Shown: positions 35,994-46,326 of the stretch, in pieces | Numbering within the stretch: the stretch's first letter is position 1 | Layout of the letters: each line of letters begins with the position of its first letter | NCBI GenBank assembly: GCA_964353405.1 | Contig: CAYGWJ010000121.1 | Span: forward strand, 2,421 to 66,420 | Reading direction: 5' to 3' | From: an uncultured Anaerolineae bacterium | Lineage (GTDB): Bacteria; Chloroflexota; Anaerolineae; Fen-1058 | Length of the DNA stretch: 64,000 nt | The notes under the pieces: model-generated | The model's database searches: none | What the model was told of the DNA's origin: nothing | Seen by the model: the letters and a program-made list of their open reading frames with translations, nothing else | Translations under genes and position numbers: made by a program

Positions 35994-37430
35994 ATGTGGA
36001 GAACGTATTTTACTCCGACTTCCCTAGAGACCGCGCTTCAAATCCTCGCCCAGTACCGCGGGCAGGCCCGCATCATTGCCGGAGGCACGGACCTTCTCAT
36101 TGAACTGGAGCGCAAGGTCAGGACACCGCACGTCCTGATTGACATCACACGCATCCCCGGCCTGGACGAGATCACGTCGAGTGACAGGCAGATCCACCTG
36201 GGCCCCCTTGTCACGCATAACCAGGTGGCCGGCTCGGCGCTATGCGTGGAGCAGGCTTATCCCTTGGCGCGCGCATGCTGGGAGGTCGGCGCACCGCAGA
36301 TTCGCAATCGCGGCACGGTGTCGGGCAACCTCATCACCGCCAGCCCCGCCAACGACACCATCACGCCGCTGTGGGCGCTCGGCGCAAGCGTGACACTGAC
36401 CAGCGTCCGGGGCGAGCGCACGTTGAGCTTTCCCGAGTTCTTTAGAGGCGTGCGCAAGACGGCGATGGAGCCGGACGAAATCCTCACCCGCATTGGTCTG
36501 CCAGCGATGAAGCCGACCGAGCGCGGGACATTCATCAAGCTGGCGCTGCGGCGGGCGCAGGCCATCTCGGTCGTCAACGTCGCCGCTGTGGTCGGCCTCG
36601 CCGATGGGCACGTGACCGAAGCACGCATCACGCTGGGCAGCGTTGCGCCGACGATTGTCCACGCCGTTCACGCGGAAAGCTTCTTGGGAGGCAAGCCGCT
36701 CACCGGTGACATTATTGCGGAAGCGGGCCAGTTGGCCGCGTCAGATTCGCGGCCCATTGACGACATTCGCGGCAGCGCCGATTATCGCCGCGAGATGGTG
36801 CGCGTGATGACGATGCGAGCCTTGACTCAACTGCGCGATGGCACACAGCGCAATGGATACCCGCACCAGCCGGTGATGCTCGCGTCAAATCTCGAACACC
36901 TGCACTGCGCGCAGGCGCAAGTGTCTCGAATCTCAAATAGCATGGGAACATTGATTCACGAGGAAACGGGCCACCAGCCGATCGTGACGACCGTCAACGG
37001 GAAACAGTCTACAGTACGCGGCGCGAACGACAAGACGCTCCTGCGGATGCTGCGCGAAGACATTGGCCTGACGGGGACGAAGGAAGGCTGTGCCGAGGGC
37101 GAGTGCGGCGCGTGCACCGTGTTTCTTGACGGCGTCGCGGTCATGTCGTGCATGGTGGCCGCGCCGCGCGCGCATGGCTCCGAGATTGTCACGGTCGAAG
37201 GGCTGGCGCGCGACGGTCAGCTGCACCCGGTGCAGCAAGCGTTTATCGAAGAAGGCGCGGTACAGTGCGGCTATTGCACGCCAGGCTTTTTGATGGCGGG
37301 CGCCAAGCTGCTGGAAGAAAAGCCTTTACCTTCGCGCTGGGAAATTGAGCATGCCATCACGGGCAACCTGTGCCGCTGCACAGGTTATTACAAGATCATT
37401 CGCGCCATCGAAAAGGCAGCGCAAAAATAG
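35994..37430 (+). CDS. Xanthine-dehydrogenase-family fused FAD-binding (CoxM-like) and [2Fe-2S] (CoxS-like) subunit
   Basis: N-terminal FAD_binding_5 domain (IIAGGTDLLIELERKVRTPHVLIDITRIPGL). C-terminal 2Fe-2S motifs GCAEGECGACTV and QCGYCTPGF...NLCRCTGY. Confidence 0.8.
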   Translation: MWRTYFTPTSLETALQILAQYRGQARIIAGGTDLLIELERKVRTPHVLIDITRIPGLDEITSSDRQIHLGPLVTHNQVAGSALCVEQAYPLARACWEVGAPQIRNRGTVSGNLITASPANDTITPLWALGASVTLTSVRGERTLSFPEFFRGVRKTAMEPDEILTRIGLPAMKPTERGTFIKLALRRAQAISVVNVAAVVGLADGHVTEARITLGSVAPTIVHAVHAESFLGGKPLTGDIIAEAGQLAASDSRPIDDIRGSADYRREMVRVMTMRALTQLRDGTQRNGYPHQPVMLASNLEHLHCAQAQVSRISNSMGTLIHEETGHQPIVTTVNGKQSTVRGANDKTLLRMLREDIGLTGTKEGCAEGECGACTVFLDGVAVMSCMVAAPRAHGSEIVTVEGLARDGQLHPVQQAFIEEGAVQCGYCTPGFLMAGAKLLEEKPLPSRWEIEHAITGNLCRCTGYYKIIRAIEKAAQK

Positions 37431-37488
37431 ACACTTGCGCCTGCGCGCAGTGCAGGTGACGGGCTGCGAGTTGAACAAGGAGAATAGC

Positions 37489-37812
37489 ATGGGTTTCAGA
37501 ATCGAGTCCGGCCGACAACGCCACAACAAGAACGCGTCGCAAAAGGCCAGCGGCATCGGCATGATCCTGATCTTTATCGTGCTGGGTGTTTCGGTCGCAC
37601 TGGGCTGGTGGATTCCATTGAACTATGACGTGCGCGGCTATTTGCCCTTCACCGCTGCCTGGAGTACCCTCGCCATCCAGCTCGTCACGGGCGTGGTGGC
37701 ATTCATTCTTCTGCAGTTCATGATCGTGCTGATTCAGGGGATTCTGTTTCCCCCTCAGCCTGAAGATCAATACAACCAAGACGGCTTGTACATCGGGAAG
37801 AGAGAAAAATGA
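37489..37812 (+). CDS. Small two-TM membrane protein between the molybdoenzyme subunits
   Basis: AAGGAG Shine-Dalgarno before the ATG at 37489. Two hydrophobic helices. The stop overlaps the next gene's start (ATGA). Confidence 0.45.
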   Translation: MGFRIESGRQRHNKNASQKASGIGMILIFIVLGVSVALGWWIPLNYDVRGYLPFTAAWSTLAIQLVTGVVAFILLQFMIVLIQGILFPPQPEDQYNQDGLYIGKREK

Positions 37813-40004
37813 TGACAAACCTGGTAGGCCAATCCCTCACCCGTGTTGACGCCGTAGGCAAAGTCACAGGCGCAACACTCTACCCCGGCGACCTGACGAT
37901 GCCGGGGATGCTTCACATGAAGGTGCTCTTTGCGCGTCGGCCGCATGCTCGCATCAAGCGGCTGGACGTATCGAAGGCCGAGGCCGCGCCGGGCGTGGTG
38001 GCAGTGTTCACCGCCAAGGATGTGCCGGTCAACGAGTTTGGGCTGATCATGTTCGACGCGCCTGTGCTTGCTATGGACACCGTGCGCTGGATCGGCGAAA
38101 AGGTGGCGCTCGTCGTGGCGGAAACTGAAAAGCAGGCCGCTCGCGCGCTCGACCTGATCGAGGTCGAGTACGAGGATTTGCCGGCCGTGACCGATCCCCG
38201 CGAGGCAATGCAGCCAGGCGTACCGCAGCTTCACCCTGAACCAGCGAATAACGTCCTGGTGCATTACCGCATCCGTCAGGGTGATGTGGAGGCTGCCTTT
38301 CAGCATGCCGATGTGATCGTGGAGGGCACGTATCACACACCCTTCCAGGAACACGCCTTCCTACAGCCCGAAGCAGGACTGGCCTACATGGATGAAGAGG
38401 GCCGCGTCACGGTGCAGGTCGCCGGTCAATGGACACACGAAGACCAGGAGCAGATCGCGCACGCGCTCCAGCTCCCGCACGACCAGGTGCGTGTGATCTA
38501 TCCCGCCATCGGCGGCGCATTCGGCGGACGCGAGGATATGACTGTGCAGATCATCCTGGCGCTAGCCGCGTGGCGGCTTGCGCAGCGTGGCGTGAAGCGA
38601 CCGGTCAAGATTGTGTGGAGCCGCGAAGAGTCCATGCTCGGCCATCACAAACGCCACCCGATGTTCTTCAGGACCCGCTGGGGCGCAACGAAAGAAGGCA
38701 AGCTCGTCGCCGCCGAGGTCGAGGCCATCAGCGACGCGGGCGCCTATGCGTATACCAGCACCAAGGTGCTGGGCAACACCACGCTCATGTGCACTGGCGC
38801 GTATGAAATCCCCAACGTCAAGGTGGACACGTACGCGGTTTACACGAACAATATTCCCACCGGGGCATTCCGAGGCTTTGGCGGGCCGCAGGGTCTGTTT
38901 GCCGCCGAAATGCAGATGAACAAGCTGGCAGAAAAGCTGGGGATGGACCCGGTCGAGCTGCGAACAAAGAACCTCGTGCACGAAGGCTCGCTTCTGTCTG
39001 TCGGCACGCCTCTTCCGCGCGGCGTCTCGATGCCGCAAGTGGCCGAAAAGGCCGCGCTGGCGGGCGGCTGGAAGCTCAAAGACGCCAAGTGGCAGCGGCC
39101 ACACGCCCCGTCTTGTATATCAAAGAACAAGCGCTACGGCACCGGCTACGCCTGCGGATTCAAGAACGTAGGCTTTTCCTTTGGCGCGCCGGAGCAATGC
39201 ACAGCCAGGATTGAGCTGCGCGGCACGACTGAAATTGACGAGGCGATTGTGTATCACTCGGGCGCGGACTGCGGCCAAGGCGCGCATACCGTTTTTGCGC
39301 AGATGGCCGCCGAGGCGCTCGAATTGCCCATCGAAAAGATCAGGCTCGTCGTTTCCGACACAGCCTACACAGCCAACTCGGGCAGCGCTTCAGCCAGCCG
39401 CATGACGTTCATGGCGGGCAACTCGATCCTGGGCGCGGTGGAGCTGGCGCTCAAGAAATGGCGGGGCGAAGAACGCCCGGCGATTGGCGTTTACCAATAT
39501 CGCCCGCCCAAGACCACGCCCTATGACCCCGAGACCGGCAAAAGCGAGCCGAACTTTGCCTATGGCTATGTGGCGCAAGTGGCCGAGGTGGAGGTGGACA
39601 TCGAGACGGGTCACGTGCGGCTGCTACGCGTGTGGTGCGCCGACGACGTGGGCACGGCCGTCAATCCACAGTTGGTTCAAGGACAAATCGAAGGCGCAGT
39701 CGTGCAGGCGCAGGGCTATGCCATCCTGGAGAATTTTGTCGTCGGCAAAGACGGCCAGGTGCAAACGCCTCACCTGAGCACCTACCTTATCCCGACCGTG
39801 CTCGACGTGCCGCAAGAGGTGCATTCGCTCATCCTGGAATATCCCGACCCCATCGGCCCGTTCGGCGCGCGTGGCATGGGCGAGATGCCCTTCCTGCCCA
39901 TGGCGCCGGCGATCACGGCTGCCGTCCACGATGCGATCGGCGTGTGGTTCGACGATTTTCCGCTCACGCCGGATCGAGTGCTAAAAGCGCTAAGAGGAGA
40001 ATAA
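37809..40004 (+). CDS. Xanthine-dehydrogenase/aldehyde-oxidoreductase-family molybdopterin-binding large subunit
   Basis: 731 aa with Ald_Xan_dh_C/C2 family signatures ([26 protein letters not shown]). Confidence 0.85.
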   Translation: MMTNLVGQSLTRVDAVGKVTGATLYPGDLTMPGMLHMKVLFARRPHARIKRLDVSKAEAAPGVVAVFTAKDVPVNEFGLIMFDAPVLAMDTVRWIGEKVALVVAETEKQAARALDLIEVEYEDLPAVTDPREAMQPGVPQLHPEPANNVLVHYRIRQGDVEAAFQHADVIVEGTYHTPFQEHAFLQPEAGLAYMDEEGRVTVQVAGQWTHEDQEQIAHALQLPHDQVRVIYPAIGGAFGGREDMTVQIILALAAWRLAQRGVKRPVKIVWSREESMLGHHKRHPMFFRTRWGATKEGKLVAAEVEAISDAGAYAYTSTKVLGNTTLMCTGAYEIPNVKVDTYAVYTNNIPTGAFRGFGGPQGLFAAEMQMNKLAEKLGMDPVELRTKNLVHEGSLLSVGTPLPRGVSMPQVAEKAALAGGWKLKDAKWQRPHAPSCISKNKRYGTGYACGFKNVGFSFGAPEQCTARIELRGTTEIDEAIVYHSGADCGQGAHTVFAQMAAEALELPIEKIRLVVSDTAYTANSGSASASRMTFMAGNSILGAVELALKKWRGEERPAIGVYQYRPPKTTPYDPETGKSEPNFAYGYVAQVAEVEVDIETGHVRLLRVWCADDVGTAVNPQLVQGQIEGAVVQAQGYAILENFVVGKDGQVQTPHLSTYLIPTVLDVPQEVHSLILEYPDPIGPFGARGMGEMPFLPMAPAITAAVHDAIGVWFDDFPLTPDRVLKALRGE

Positions 40005-40007
40005 CCG

Positions 40008-40751
40008 ATGAGCATTCCTGATCTTCCTACCGTTCCAGAAGTGAGCGGACAATCGCGCAGCGGGATCAAGTATCATATCCTGGGCACCGTCCAGCAGACG
40101 CTGGCGGTCGAGTTGCAGCCGGGGCAGGTCATCTATTCCGATACGGGCGCCATGTCGTGGATGACGGCTGCGGTGACGATGAACACCAAATCCGGCGGCG
40201 GGTTGGGCGGCATGCTCAAGCGCGCAGTTTCCGGCGCGACGGCCTTCATCATTGATTTCGAGGCCGCCGGACAGCCCGGACAGGTGGCGTTTACCACCGA
40301 CTTTCCGGGCAAAATCCTGGCGATTGAACTGGACGCGGGGCAGACGGTCATCATGCACAAGCACGCCTTCCTGTGCGCGGAAAAGACCGTTGCGCTGGAC
40401 GTGTTCTTTACACGCAAACTGGGCGCAGGGTTGTTTGGCGGCGAGGGTTTTGTCCTGCAAAAGCTGACCGGGCCGGGCCTGACATTTGCCGAATTGGACG
40501 GCGATGCCGTCGAATATCGGTTGCAGCCCAATCAGGTGATGCGCGTTGAGCCGGGGCACGTGGCGATGTTTGAAAGCAGCGTGGCTTTTGACATCGAGAT
40601 GATCAAAGGCATGGCGAACATTTTGCTGGGGGGCGAGGGGTTGTTCCTCGCCACACTCAAAGGGCCGGGGCGTATCTGGCTGCACTCGATGACCGAGAGC
40701 AAGATGGCACAGCGGCTGATCCAGTACATGCCGGCCAAGTCGAGCGGATAA
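40008..40751 (+). CDS. AIM24/TIGR00266 (DUF124) family protein
   Basis: Gly-rich beta-repeat sequence (GEGFVLQKLTGPG...GEGLFLATLKGPG) typical of AIM24. Confidence 0.65.
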   Translation: MSIPDLPTVPEVSGQSRSGIKYHILGTVQQTLAVELQPGQVIYSDTGAMSWMTAAVTMNTKSGGGLGGMLKRAVSGATAFIIDFEAAGQPGQVAFTTDFPGKILAIELDAGQTVIMHKHAFLCAEKTVALDVFFTRKLGAGLFGGEGFVLQKLTGPGLTFAELDGDAVEYRLQPNQVMRVEPGHVAMFESSVAFDIEMIKGMANILLGGEGLFLATLKGPGRIWLHSMTESKMAQRLIQYMPAKSSG

Positions 40752-40753
40752 AC

Positions 40754-41494
40754 TTGAACGAGTCCCCCGCCTGGTCACGCGGCTCACTGTGGGCAACTGC
40801 ATCGCTGATACTCTTGATTCCGTTGATGTGGTCCTCGCCTTCTCTGGCTCAAACTGCACTGCCGGCAACGCGGGCCGAGGCCAATCCCAAGTTTCTCACT
40901 CTGCCATTCAACGACCCCAGTGTGCGTATCTCGCAGGGCTGGATCTGCCATTGGGGCGCGGGCGAATGCGCCGAGCTATACGGGTCATTGATTCATGGCG
41001 GGATTGACTATGTGAAAAGAACCTGGCCGGGTGATAGCTTTGAGGTGGTGGCCGCCGCAGACGGCCATGCTTACTATCGTCCCAACCATTCCATTCTGGG
41101 CAACACTGTCATCATCGAGCATCAAGTGAACGGCAGAGCTTTGTACACGCTCTATGGTCACTTGCAAAGCAGCGACCTTCCACCCGAACCAGCCTGGACC
41201 CATGTGCAACGCGGTCAAAAGATCGGCATGGCGGGAGATAGCGGCTCGGCGATGGGACGGGGCATCCACTTGCACTTTGCGTTGTGCGTGGGCGATTGGC
41301 GCACCAAGTGCAAAGCGCCCTACCCGGATTGGACAGTAGACCCTTATGATGTTTATAGCACCTGGGGAGGCTATCCACCTGATGGGGCATTAGGCGTCAA
41401 TCACTTTTTCACAACAGATCCGCCTCAGATCCCCTTTTCCCGAGCCATACATACGCGGCAGAGCAATTTATCTCTCGGTTTGGCGATGGACTAG
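40754..41494 (+). CDS. Secreted M23-family metallopeptidase
   Basis: Signal peptide. The HxxxD motif is represented by the His in LIHGGIDY. GMAGDSGSAMGRGIHLHF carries the M23 HxH motif. Confidence 0.7.
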   Translation: MNESPAWSRGSLWATASLILLIPLMWSSPSLAQTALPATRAEANPKFLTLPFNDPSVRISQGWICHWGAGECAELYGSLIHGGIDYVKRTWPGDSFEVVAAADGHAYYRPNHSILGNTVIIEHQVNGRALYTLYGHLQSSDLPPEPAWTHVQRGQKIGMAGDSGSAMGRGIHLHFALCVGDWRTKCKAPYPDWTVDPYDVYSTWGGYPPDGALGVNHFFTTDPPQIPFSRAIHTRQSNLSLGLAMD

Positions 41495-41545
41495 AGAGAA
41501 ACATCGGGCCTCACTCCGATAAGGAGCACCGTAGCAAACCGCCAC

Positions 41546-41929
41546 TCAGCGCAGCGCGCCGTGTTCCTTCGCCAACCGAGCAAAATCATTCTGCGATCCG
41601 GCATCCGGCAGTACAGACTGGGCATTGATCAACTCTTGCCCGGTCGCCTTGAGCGCCATCAGCGCAAAACCTGTCAGCACTTCGGCAGCCTTAAAGTTAC
41701 AGTGACCGTAGCGCAAGATGGGAATACCGCTGTATCGCACAGCCGAGCCGGTGCCCCAAACCTTCATGCGGTAAAGCGTCTCGTGCCAGTAGGGCACAAC
41801 AGGATCACCCGTCGTGTGGAGGGTGACCAGCGGTGAGGTGAGCCGCCCGGTGGTCTGATAGTGCAGCGTGATCTCGTTCAGCGCGCCCTGATCGGCCTGG
41901 AAGTGCGCCACCTTAATGAGATATTCCAC
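41546..41929 (-). CDS. Truncated alpha/beta-hydrolase-fold protein, C-terminal part only (possible gene remnant)
   Basis: Contains the Asp and His regions of the triad (LHTTGDPVVPYW, RYGHCNFK) but has no nucleophile-elbow domain. A paralogous remnant lies at 45282-45443. Confidence 0.4.
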   Translation of the reverse strand: MEYLIKVAHFQADQGALNEITLHYQTTGRLTSPLVTLHTTGDPVVPYWHETLYRMKVWGTGSAVRYSGIPILRYGHCNFKAAEVLTGFALMALKATGQELINAQSVLPDAGSQNDFARLAKEHGALR

Positions 41930-42048
41930 CTCGATGATACTACCACTGTCAAATCACCAGCAGGCCAGTGACAAGGTTTCGGCGCTCTATCGGCGAACGC
42001 GAGTGACGAACCCGCCGCGGGCACCGGAATCGGAACGCGACCCGTGTG

Positions 42049-44961
42049 TCACGGTTCCTGGCGCAACACCATGGGCAGATAGACTTTCAGAGGCGAGACG
42101 GCCACTGGAGCCATCTGCACGTCCGAGTAGCCGCAGCCATCGGTCACCGCCAGCCGCACGGTGAACACTCCCTCGCGAGTGTAGACGTGCGATGCGTTGA
42201 CGGTGAACGCGTGGGCCGTCCCGTCTCCCCAATCCCAATCGTGGCTCAGCGGCGAGCCGTTAGTAGAACTGGTGCTGGTGAACCACACCGTGCGGCCAGT
42301 AGTGGGCGCGCTCGGCCCATAGTCGAAGGCGGCGTTGAACGTGGGCGATAGCACAGTCAAGGTCATGGGCGCACCGACCGAGTTCCGCACGCCCTGGTCG
42401 TTCCGGCGCACGCCATAATCTTGGTTGACGACGTTTGTCCCCGCCGCGCAGGTGAGCGTGCCGTAGAACCAGCCGGAAGTAGTGCCGCCGTTCGGTGCGA
42501 CCGTCCACAAGGGCCACGAGACGATGCCGTTGTTGAACGCACCGTTCCCGCCGCCGTAACTCAGACCGGACGGGAGTGTGTCCGTGACGTAGACGCCGCT
42601 GCCTTCCTCGTTGCCTGCGTTCGTCACCGTCACCGTATAGGTGACGACGGTTCCCGCCGCGCGGTTGCCCGCAACCACCTTGCCAATCTGGAAGATGGAT
42701 GTGGGAACCATGACGGTATAGGTGAAGATGTTGTTGTTATAGAACGGCTCCCTATCGCTGATCGGATTGTCACTGGCAATCCTGACCGTGTTGGTGAACA
42801 GGTCGCCGCGCTTGGCCGTGTCAGTCACGCGAACGGTGACCACGTAATCATTCCAGTCGCCGCTCCCCATCTGCCCATAGTTCCAGGCCAATGTCCTGCC
42901 GTTGTTATAGTTGGGAGTGCGCGGGCACAAATACGTCCCGCTGCCGCACTGGTACAATGTCGAAGTGATAAACTCTAGCCCGACAGGCAACACATCGGTG
43001 ATCCAGACATGGCCCATCGTGGACCAGGCGTCGCTGTCGCGGAAATACAACGTGTAGGTGATCAGTTGTCCCGGCTTGGGCGTCCCGCCAATCAAGTATT
43101 TTTGGATGTTCAGATCCGGCCCGGCGCCGTGGAGATACACCTGGCGATTGTCGTCCGGGTACACGTCGCCAAGCGGCGTTGTGATCTCGACGGTGTTGGT
43201 CAGCATGGCGCCATTGGGCAGGGAGGGCACGCTCAGATCCATGGTCAGGTCGTAAGGTTCGCCTATGTCCAGCCTTCCAAGGGTCACGACAAGTTGGTTA
43301 CCCGACACGTTGCCCGACACGTCGCCCAAGTCTCCACCATAAGAGTCAATCCACCAATCATTCAACGTCATCGAGAGCGGAAAAGTGTCGGTGATCACCA
43401 CGTTGTACTCGGTTGTCGTGCCGATGTTCTGGAAGTGTATATAGTAATGGATACGATCCGGTCCGCCCCACCACTCGTGAGACTTGGTCACGCGCAGGTT
43501 GGGGCCGGCCGGGCGAACTAGGTCGGTCACGCACATGTCGTTATTGTGTGGGTTGGCGTCAAACTCGCGAATAGCGCCTGTAGCGCAGTTGGTGAGGACA
43601 GTGCCAGGCGGTGTGTCGTCATTGATCCGCAGGTAAAGCCTGATGTGGGGTGCGGAGTTAACCCGATCCACATCACCCAGGTCCCATGCCAGTTGATTCC
43701 CGACGGTGCGGCTCGGCGGAAAAGAGGGAATCCGACCACGCGGATATAGGCTCCCCTCGGCCCGGACAAAAGTGACCCCGGCGGGCAGGGTATCGGTGAA
43801 CACCGTGTCGTGCATGAGCGAGTTGCCAGCGTTTCCAATTTGTATCTCATACTCGATCTCGCTGCCTGGCGTCGAGACCACCCGGTTGCCCCACCAGCCC
43901 ACTTCGACATCATAGCGTGGCGGGCTAGCCGAGTTCCAACTTGTCGAGATGTTATTGGTCGTGTTGGTGTCGCCGGTTGTCGTGATTTCAACCGTGTTGC
44001 TAAGCTGGGTGCCATAGGTGACCACATCGCTCAGGCGCAGGTCCAGGTAAATGCGATCATCATAGCGGCCTGGCAGCGCCGGAGCATACAGCACGAATTT
44101 GCCGCCTGTGGTGATAACCGCCGTCCACAGGCTGTAGCCGCTCGACCCCACCTGCCAAGTGACAAAAGTGGTGGAGAGGGGCAATGTATCCGTCAGCCAG
44201 ACGGGGCCGCTGGCAACCTGGCCGCTGTTGCCATAGCTTATGATGTAGCGCAAGAGCTGACCGGGAGAGGGGTCGTAGGGTCGGGTATAAAGGTTAACCA
44301 CGTATGGGTCGGGCGACTGGCCTGCGACGACCGAGACGCTGGCTTCGGCGTGGTTGTCGCCCCAGTTGGTCTCTTGCGATGTGCCAATGTCAACAGCATT
44401 GAGTAGTGTATCGCTGACATTCGCAGTATTGGTCAGCACCAAACGGAACTGATAGTCTGGCGAGTTTGCTCCCAGAGTGCCCAGGTTCCAGGTGATGGTG
44501 CGTCCGCTGACAAAGGCTGGAAAGCCGCTGCTATCGGCGATGTAGGTGGTGCTGAGTGGCAGTGTATCGGTGAGCATGGCCGGGGCTGCATCGTCGCCAT
44601 TGTTGCGGTAGCGGATGCCGAACACGACTGACCCGCCCGGCGCGACCTGACCTTTGCCCTCGCGCCACTTTTCGACATACAGGTTGGGCGCGGCGGTTTT
44701 GAAGGTGTACTGTGTGCTATGGTTGTGGTATTGCTGCGCATACACATTGTCGGCCTGGGTTGAGCCGTAGGTCGTCCCGCGTGCCACGGTCACGGTCGCG
44801 CCGGGCGACACCTGGCCCCAGAGGGCATCGTAGGCTAGGTCCACCACGAACTGACCTATGCTGCTTTGTGCTTGAGCCGGAGCGCGGGCCAGCACAAGTG
44901 TCAGCGCTGCGGCGAGTCCCAGTCCAAGGAACAGGGTGAAGAGAACCTTGAGTGATCTCAT
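42049..44961 (-). CDS. Large secreted DUF11-repeat surface protein with a C-terminal PKD domain
   Basis: Probable start MRSLKVLFTLFLGLGLAAALTLVLA at 44961, after a GGAGGA Shine-Dalgarno. Repeated DUF11-type blocks (LTNTVEITT, LTDTLPLSTT, VTDTLPSGL). PKD signature WDWGDGTAHAF...VYTREGVFTVRLAVTD. Confidence 0.8.
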   Translation of the reverse strand: MRSLKVLFTLFLGLGLAAALTLVLARAPAQAQSSIGQFVVDLAYDALWGQVSPGATVTVARGTTYGSTQADNVYAQQYHNHSTQYTFKTAAPNLYVEKWREGKGQVAPGGSVVFGIRYRNNGDDAAPAMLTDTLPLSTTYIADSSGFPAFVSGRTITWNLGTLGANSPDYQFRLVLTNTANVSDTLLNAVDIGTSQETNWGDNHAEASVSVVAGQSPDPYVVNLYTRPYDPSPGQLLRYIISYGNSGQVASGPVWLTDTLPLSTTFVTWQVGSSGYSLWTAVITTGGKFVLYAPALPGRYDDRIYLDLRLSDVVTYGTQLSNTVEITTTGDTNTTNNISTSWNSASPPRYDVEVGWWGNRVVSTPGSEIEYEIQIGNAGNSLMHDTVFTDTLPAGVTFVRAEGSLYPRGRIPSFPPSRTVGNQLAWDLGDVDRVNSAPHIRLYLRINDDTPPGTVLTNCATGAIREFDANPHNNDMCVTDLVRPAGPNLRVTKSHEWWGGPDRIHYYIHFQNIGTTTEYNVVITDTFPLSMTLNDWWIDSYGGDLGDVSGNVSGNQLVVTLGRLDIGEPYDLTMDLSVPSLPNGAMLTNTVEITTPLGDVYPDDNRQVYLHGAGPDLNIQKYLIGGTPKPGQLITYTLYFRDSDAWSTMGHVWITDVLPVGLEFITSTLYQCGSGTYLCPRTPNYNNGRTLAWNYGQMGSGDWNDYVVTVRVTDTAKRGDLFTNTVRIASDNPISDREPFYNNNIFTYTVMVPTSIFQIGKVVAGNRAAGTVVTYTVTVTNAGNEEGSGVYVTDTLPSGLSYGGGNGAFNNGIVSWPLWTVAPNGGTTSGWFYGTLTCAAGTNVVNQDYGVRRNDQGVRNSVGAPMTLTVLSPTFNAAFDYGPSAPTTGRTVWFTSTSSTNGSPLSHDWDWGDGTAHAFTVNASHVYTREGVFTVRLAVTDGCGYSDVQMAPVAVSPLKVYLPMVLRQEP

Positions 44962-45281
44962 AGCACTCCTCCTAATGTCTGACACTCGAGAGGCAAATGA
45001 GAAGACGCTGCGGCGAGCTGATTCAGGCCAACAAAGTGAGACTGAAAGGGAAGTGGAAGAAAGACAAGATAAACCTGGGGAAAGTGCATGGCCTGCCACA
45101 CCGGGCGCACAGCAACGCGTGTGACCCAACTCGCAAAATTAGAGAATGGGTTTCCTGGTCACCAATCCTTCTAGAAGGATGCGCCTCTCTACTCTCATTA
45201 TATACCCGATGTCAAGTGTCTTTTTGGCCACTTTGACGGCTTGCAACCGGCTTACAGGGCTTTTTTCCTAACGCAATTCTA

Positions 45282-45443
45282 ACCATGAACAGGGAACAGA
45301 AGTGAACCGTACAATAGTACAAAACCTGTCAATACTTCGCTGGCCTTAAAGCTACAGTGGCCTTGGCTCGAGATCGGAAGACGACCGCCGGAATGGAGGT
45401 GCCAGCGGGCCAAGTCAGTTGATGTTTCCACTTTTCCGGTGTA
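45282..45443 (-). pseudogene. Decayed paralogous remnant of the alpha/beta-hydrolase C-terminal fragment
   Basis: Minus-strand translation ...ARWHLHSGGRLPISSQGHCSFKASEVLTGF aligns to ...AVRYSGIPILRYGHCNFKAAEVLTGF of 41546..41929. About 75% nucleotide identity over ~100 bp, with in-frame stops on both sides. Confidence 0.45.
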
Positions 45444-45578
45444 TCATTTCGCTCGTCGTACACTCTGTTGGTCCGCACATGACCGCGAGCACGTCTTGAG
45501 GGCACACTGCTCTCAGTTTTGACTTACACAACGGCGCGAGTGCCCATAGGCCGTTTAATCAGATGACAATGGAGGTAA

Positions 45579-46310
45579 TTGATGGCAACGACGAATGACC
45601 GCGATACCAACCACAGCCGAAAGATCGTGGTGCAAGAGAACGGCCCCTACGTGGTTCACGGTGGGATCCCTTTGGTGCGCAAGACCCAGGTCGTCTCTGA
45701 ACATGGCGAGCCACTGACGTGGAAAAGAGAAGAGACGCTTGAAACGGGGGAAGCCTACGACCTCTGTCGTTGCGGGCAGTCCAGCGAAAAACCATTCTGC
45801 GATATGACGCATTTAGACGTTGACTTTGACGGGACGGAAACGGCCGATACCCGTGTGACGGCAGAACGCCAGGTGACCTATGCGGGCGGCGCCAAGATCG
45901 TCGTCAAGCGCGATCATTCCCTCTGCACAGAATCGGGTTTTTGCGCGAATCGGATCACCAACATCGAAAAGATGGTTTCCGAGACCGGGGACACCCAAGT
46001 GCGGGCACAGGTCATGGCGATGATCGAACGCTGCCCGTCTGGCTCCTATGTATATGCCCTCGAAGAAAGCGGGCCGGACATTGAGCCTAACCTGCCTCAG
46101 CAGATTGCGGTGACAACCGAGATCACATCAGATGGCCCCATCGCCGGCCCGCTGTGGGTGACTGGGAATATCCCGATCGAGAGGGCCGATGGGCAGCCTT
46201 TTGAGACGCGCAATCGGGTTACGTTGTGCTGTTGCGGGCGCTCAAAAATCAAACCCCTATGCGATGGCGCACATCGGGCCATGGGCACCACCAAGACGGG
46301 CAGCCGGTAG
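45579..46310 (+). CDS. Two-domain CDGSH iron-sulfur protein
   Basis: CRCGQSSEKPFCDMTH is a CDGSH variant, and CCCGRSKIKPLCDGAH is canonical. Confidence 0.75.
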   Translation: MMATTNDRDTNHSRKIVVQENGPYVVHGGIPLVRKTQVVSEHGEPLTWKREETLETGEAYDLCRCGQSSEKPFCDMTHLDVDFDGTETADTRVTAERQVTYAGGAKIVVKRDHSLCTESGFCANRITNIEKMVSETGDTQVRAQVMAMIERCPSGSYVYALEESGPDIEPNLPQQIAVTTEITSDGPIAGPLWVTGNIPIERADGQPFETRNRVTLCCCGRSKIKPLCDGAHRAMGTTKTGSR

Positions 46311-46326
46311 GCCCGGTGCTGTCTAC

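Noticed and set aside
40000-40868. 292-aa minus-strand ORF overlapping the AIM24 gene, plus other long antisense ORFs (5913..6473, 7184..7888, 17930..18661, 21677..22591, 23608..24336, 46447..47259, 49628..50188)
   Set aside because: All lie antisense to well-supported genes and have biased, low-complexity compositions. They are the usual long spurious ORFs of a >60% GC genome.
45250-45268. Possible terminator (cagggcttttttcc) between the DUF11 gene and the hydrolase remnant
   Set aside because: No convincing GC-rich stem could be paired upstream of the T-run on either strand. It was left unannotated.
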